Assembly: GCA_030324005.1 (NCBI GenBank)
Contig: JARDVH010000099.1
Location: 49,136,343 to 49,200,342 of the forward strand
From: Negaprion brevirostris
Taxonomy: Eukaryota
Length of the DNA: 64,000 nucleotides
Reading direction: 5' to 3'
Both the position numbers and the translations under genes were made by a program. The notes below the pieces were generated by a model that was not told the DNA's origin, did no database searches, and saw only the letters and a program-made list of their open reading frames with translations. This document shows positions 60,379-64,000 of this stretch, in pieces. Position 1 is the first letter of the stretch; every line of letters begins with the position of its first letter.

Positions 60379-60645
60379 GGGGCACAGTAGTTAGCACTGC
60401 TGCCTCACAGCACCAGGGATCCGGGTTCGATTCCTGGCTTAAGTGACTGTGTGGAGTTTGCACGTTCTCCCTATGTCTGTGTCGGTTTACTTTGGGTGCT
60501 TCCATTTCCTCCCACATTCTGAAAGATGTGCTGGTTAGGTGCATTAGGTGCATTGTTCGTGTCAATGTGCCGGAGTGTGGCGACTAGGGGAATTTCTAGG
60601 GGCTTTTTAATGTAAGCCTTACTTATGACTAATAAATAAATATTA
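60379..60645 (+). mobile_element. V-SINE with alternative (non-CR1) tail
   Basis: ggcacagtagttagcactgctgcctcacagcaccagggatccgggttcgattcc..ggagtttgcacgttctcc..ccggagtgtggcgactagggg..actaataaataaa. Confidence 0.85.
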
Positions 60646-61069
60646 TTTTACTTTTATTTTACACCCCCAATGAAAACTGGGAAAATGACTAGGACTCTGA
60701 GTAAAAGTTGCCCACTTTATTTTGTGAATTGCATTAGATTTTAACTTTAATACATCTAATCATAGATGCAACTTTAACTTTGGTACGCAATTGTCAGTGT
60801 TGTAGACAGAAATAAATGGAATATATGTTGGAGATGTGCAGTTCAGCAGAATTCACAAAAAAAAAATCAGCAAAGCTATATTTTTTGGGCATGCGGATTA
60901 TTATTAGTGAGTTAAACTGCTCTAATATGTTTCAATCCATAATTTTGTTGTCTTTTATCTACGTGTATCATTCCTATATTTATATCATGTGACCTCCAGC
61001 ATGTGTAGTGTCTTACATTTTGTTATTTCATGGCATTAGGCTGAGATGAGGAAGATTTAAAAAAAATTA

Positions 61070-62240
61070 GAATAGAATTATAGAATGGTTATGTCGCGAA
61101 GACCATTCAACCTGTCGCATCTGTGCCGGCCCTCTGCAAGAGCAGTTCACTTAATGCCACTTCCCTGCCCTTTCCCCTGTGAATGTTCTCTCCAGATGCT
61201 TATCCAATTCCCTTTCCAAGCTCCAGTTGCTTCTGTCTCCATCACACTTTTGGGCAGTGTATTCCAGATCCTGACCACGAGCTGCATAAAAAGATATTTT
61301 CCTCGTGTTGCCGTTACTACTTCTGCCAATCACTTTAAATTGGTGTCCTATAATTCTCGATCCTTCTACCAATGGGAACATAGAAAACAGGAGCAGCAGT
61401 AGACCAATAAACCCTTCCAGTATGTTGCACCATTCATTATGATCANNNNNNNNNNNNNNNNNNNNNNNNNNNNNNNNNNNNNNNNNNCCCCTTCACTCCA
61501 AGGGCTGTATCTAATTCCGTCTTGAAAACATGCAATATTTTGGCCTCAACTACTTTGTGGTAGCAAATTTCACTGGTGTACTGCTCTCCGGGTGCAGAAA
61601 TTTCTCATCTCATTCCTAAAAAGTTCACCCTCTTCTCTGTCTACTTTGTCCAGACCCCTCATAATTTTGACCATCAAGTCTCTTCACCACCTTCTCGTCA
61701 AGCAGGACAACCCTATCTTTGCCAATCTATCCTTGTAACTGAAATTCCTCATACCTGGAACCATTCTTGTTTCTGTACCTTATATTTTGAATTGGTAATG
61801 GGTTGAAAGGTTATGGGGAGAAGGCAGGAAAATGCAGATGAGGAGCATATCAGCCATGATCGAATGGTGGAGCAGACTTGATGGGCCGAATGGCCTAATT
61901 CTGCTCCTATAGCTTATGAACTTATGAGTTTATGAACCTTCTCTTAAGTCTTCACATGCTTCCTAGATGTATTGCTTAGAATTGGACACAGTGCTTCATT
62001 TGAGGCTGAACCTGTGTTTTATAAAGGTTCATCACAACTTCATTGCTTTTGTACATACGTTTCTTTTATTAAAGCCTTTGGTCCCGTACACTTTTGTAAC
62101 CTCTTTCTCAACCTGCCTTGCCACATTGAACAATTTTTGCACGTATACGTCTAAGTCTTTCTGTTCTTGCACTCTCTTCATTAGAATTGTGGTCTTTGTT
62201 TTCTATTGTCTGTCCACGTTCGTCCTACCAAAATTTTATG
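61070..62240 (-). mobile_element. Nested CR1 3' fragments (includes a + strand CR1 tail at ~61790-61935)
   Basis: FMQLVVRIWNTLPKSVME (ORF 61147-61329), a second tail at 61378 and gatgggccgaatggcctaattctgctcct at 61880. Confidence 0.8.
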
Positions 62241-64000
62241 CTCATAAAAGACACTACTTTTCCTTAGGCCTTTTGTTATATTTAGAAGGACTCTATTTTC
62301 ATCTGTTTAGATTTAGCATTAAAATAAAGCTCCTTCAAATTCTGAAACTAATTCTCCAGATTTAAGGTGTTGCATGCATTAATGCAATTTAATCTCTTCA
62401 TTTTCTCATTGGATCTTTGTGTTGATGTGTGAGATAAAATAAAACCTAGAAAACAGGATATTATTGTTCATTGTTGCTCTCATAAACTGCCCAAATTTGG
62501 AAATGTTACAGGGTAAAAATGGCTTCTTTGACAATTCAGTTTTAATTTAGTTTTTATGTAGGTACTTTTGTCCTGTAGCTATCTGGAATGCACTCTAGTG
62601 AAACATTTTTAGCCCCGGTTGGGGTCAAGCACAGAGACAGATAGGCATGAAAATTTACACTGCTGGTTGATGAGCCAGTTTCCCAGCACCATTCTGCCCC
62701 TATGCCATTTTCCCAGAGTTAAGATTGGGTGGGGTGTTACAGCTACCTTCTGGCAAGTAGCAAACAGCTACTTAAAAAAGGCCACATTTAAGGGGATAGG
62801 GTTGTGGGGGGCACTGGCAGGCTGCCGGGTGATAGTGGTGAGGGAGGTTGGTGGCAGTGCTCCAAGCAGGCTTTGAAGCCCTCTTCACCTAGCTAGCTTC
62901 GGCTGCAGCCAGAGGAAGGTTTCCCTTCCACTATGGTAGCCTAGCTACTGGTTCTATTTTGCACTGAACTAAGATAGAGAGACATCACCTTGTGGCGTCC
63001 TCTCTTTCTCTTACCTGTAAGGACAGCCTGGTGCTGCTTCCTCAGTGCTGGAAATTTCCTGTTGGCTTTGCAGCTTTGAGAGCCCACCAGCTGTCCTTAA
63101 TTGTGCAGCAGGTCCGCCCTCTGGCCACTAATTGGTAACTTGGGGAGAATCACTGCTAATGACAGTTACTCCATATGTCAGGGTTCTGAACCCCATGGGA
63201 AAATCCTGACCCTAGTGCCCTAGTCTTTGCTGTAATGCTTTAGTTGCTCCGTGTAACCAGTTACATTACTTTGCTGATTTTGATGCCTTTCCTCCCCTTC
63301 CAATCGATTGTCACAAATTCTTTTGATTCCATTAAACCCTATCCTCACTTTGCCATTTTTAATGTTAAAAGGTAACAAGGATTCTGCTCCAGCAGTAGGG
63401 AGGCCAAACAAAGTAAAAAGATAAGAAACAAACAATACATTGCAAAGTAACTCAGAAATACTCGCACTGACAGTTAATTTGGGTTGTATTAATTTACATG
63501 ACTAATAGGCCAATTATTCATATTTAGTGTGGAGTATTTTGTTCAACTTGCAGGTGCTGCATGTTTTGAATTCCACTCGACAGTCCGACATGGTATCCGT
63601 TGCGATACTGAACGGTCAGAAGGTTAACAGCATTATTTTGTAGGAGCCACATCTCGTTCACCTGTGCACATGCAGGTGGATTGAAACTGATTCTGAGGAT
63701 TTTTATGCTTTTTCTCTGACACCTGCTGAGGACAGCTAACGGGGGTCTTGCTGTCAAACATGACAAGTGTGTTAGCGTGCATCGGACTCAGCATATTTTT
63801 ATGGCAAGAACTGTAATAATAGCAAGTGACCTGCAGGAGATGTCATGCACTGCTGATGAAATTCTGAGCAGCAGTGAATACAAATAGTGTCCCCTGACCA
63901 GAACAGTTGGCATGACAATCTTCAAGTAAATTATTGACTGGACAGAAGAAGTTACAGATTGACCCGAGATTAAATACTCAAGTGCAGAAGGCCATTACCT

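Noticed and set aside
60379-60450. tRNA gene (A/B boxes, ggttcgattcc)
   Set aside because: It is the tRNA-derived head of a V-SINE and continues into the SINE body, with no complete cloverleaf.

Overview
Eukaryotic, repeat-rich, gapped draft sequence from a cartilaginous fish, most likely a shark (inferred from HE1/V-SINE, SacSINE1-type Deu-SINE and HER1/CR1 content). The whole window lies inside one + strand gene, RPS6KC1 (PX-MIT-split pseudokinase). Six phase-compatible coding exons are visible: 23768-23892, 31781-31873, 40593-40640, 46183-46315, 53273-55015 and 55302-55391 (about exons 7-12 by analogy with the human gene). The 5' and 3' exons lie outside the window. The introns contain CR1, L2, RTE and Penelope-like retroelements, three SINE superfamilies and PIF/Harbinger relics and MITEs. 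The most notable observations are: (i) four minimal type-I hammerhead ribozyme motifs in Penelope-like termini, arranged as two inverted pairs; (ii) two candidate microexons with perfect donors (6 nt in frame at the pseudokinase P-loop position, and a 7 nt frameshifting one); (iii) a fold-back with ~250-bp arms whose mirror predicts the content of an assembly gap; (iv) an inverted SINE pair around exons that would circularise into a stop-free ORF; (v) a CRD-to-CHD change and motif islands in the pseudokinase. Repeat boundaries are approximate and family names come from recognition, not from database searches.
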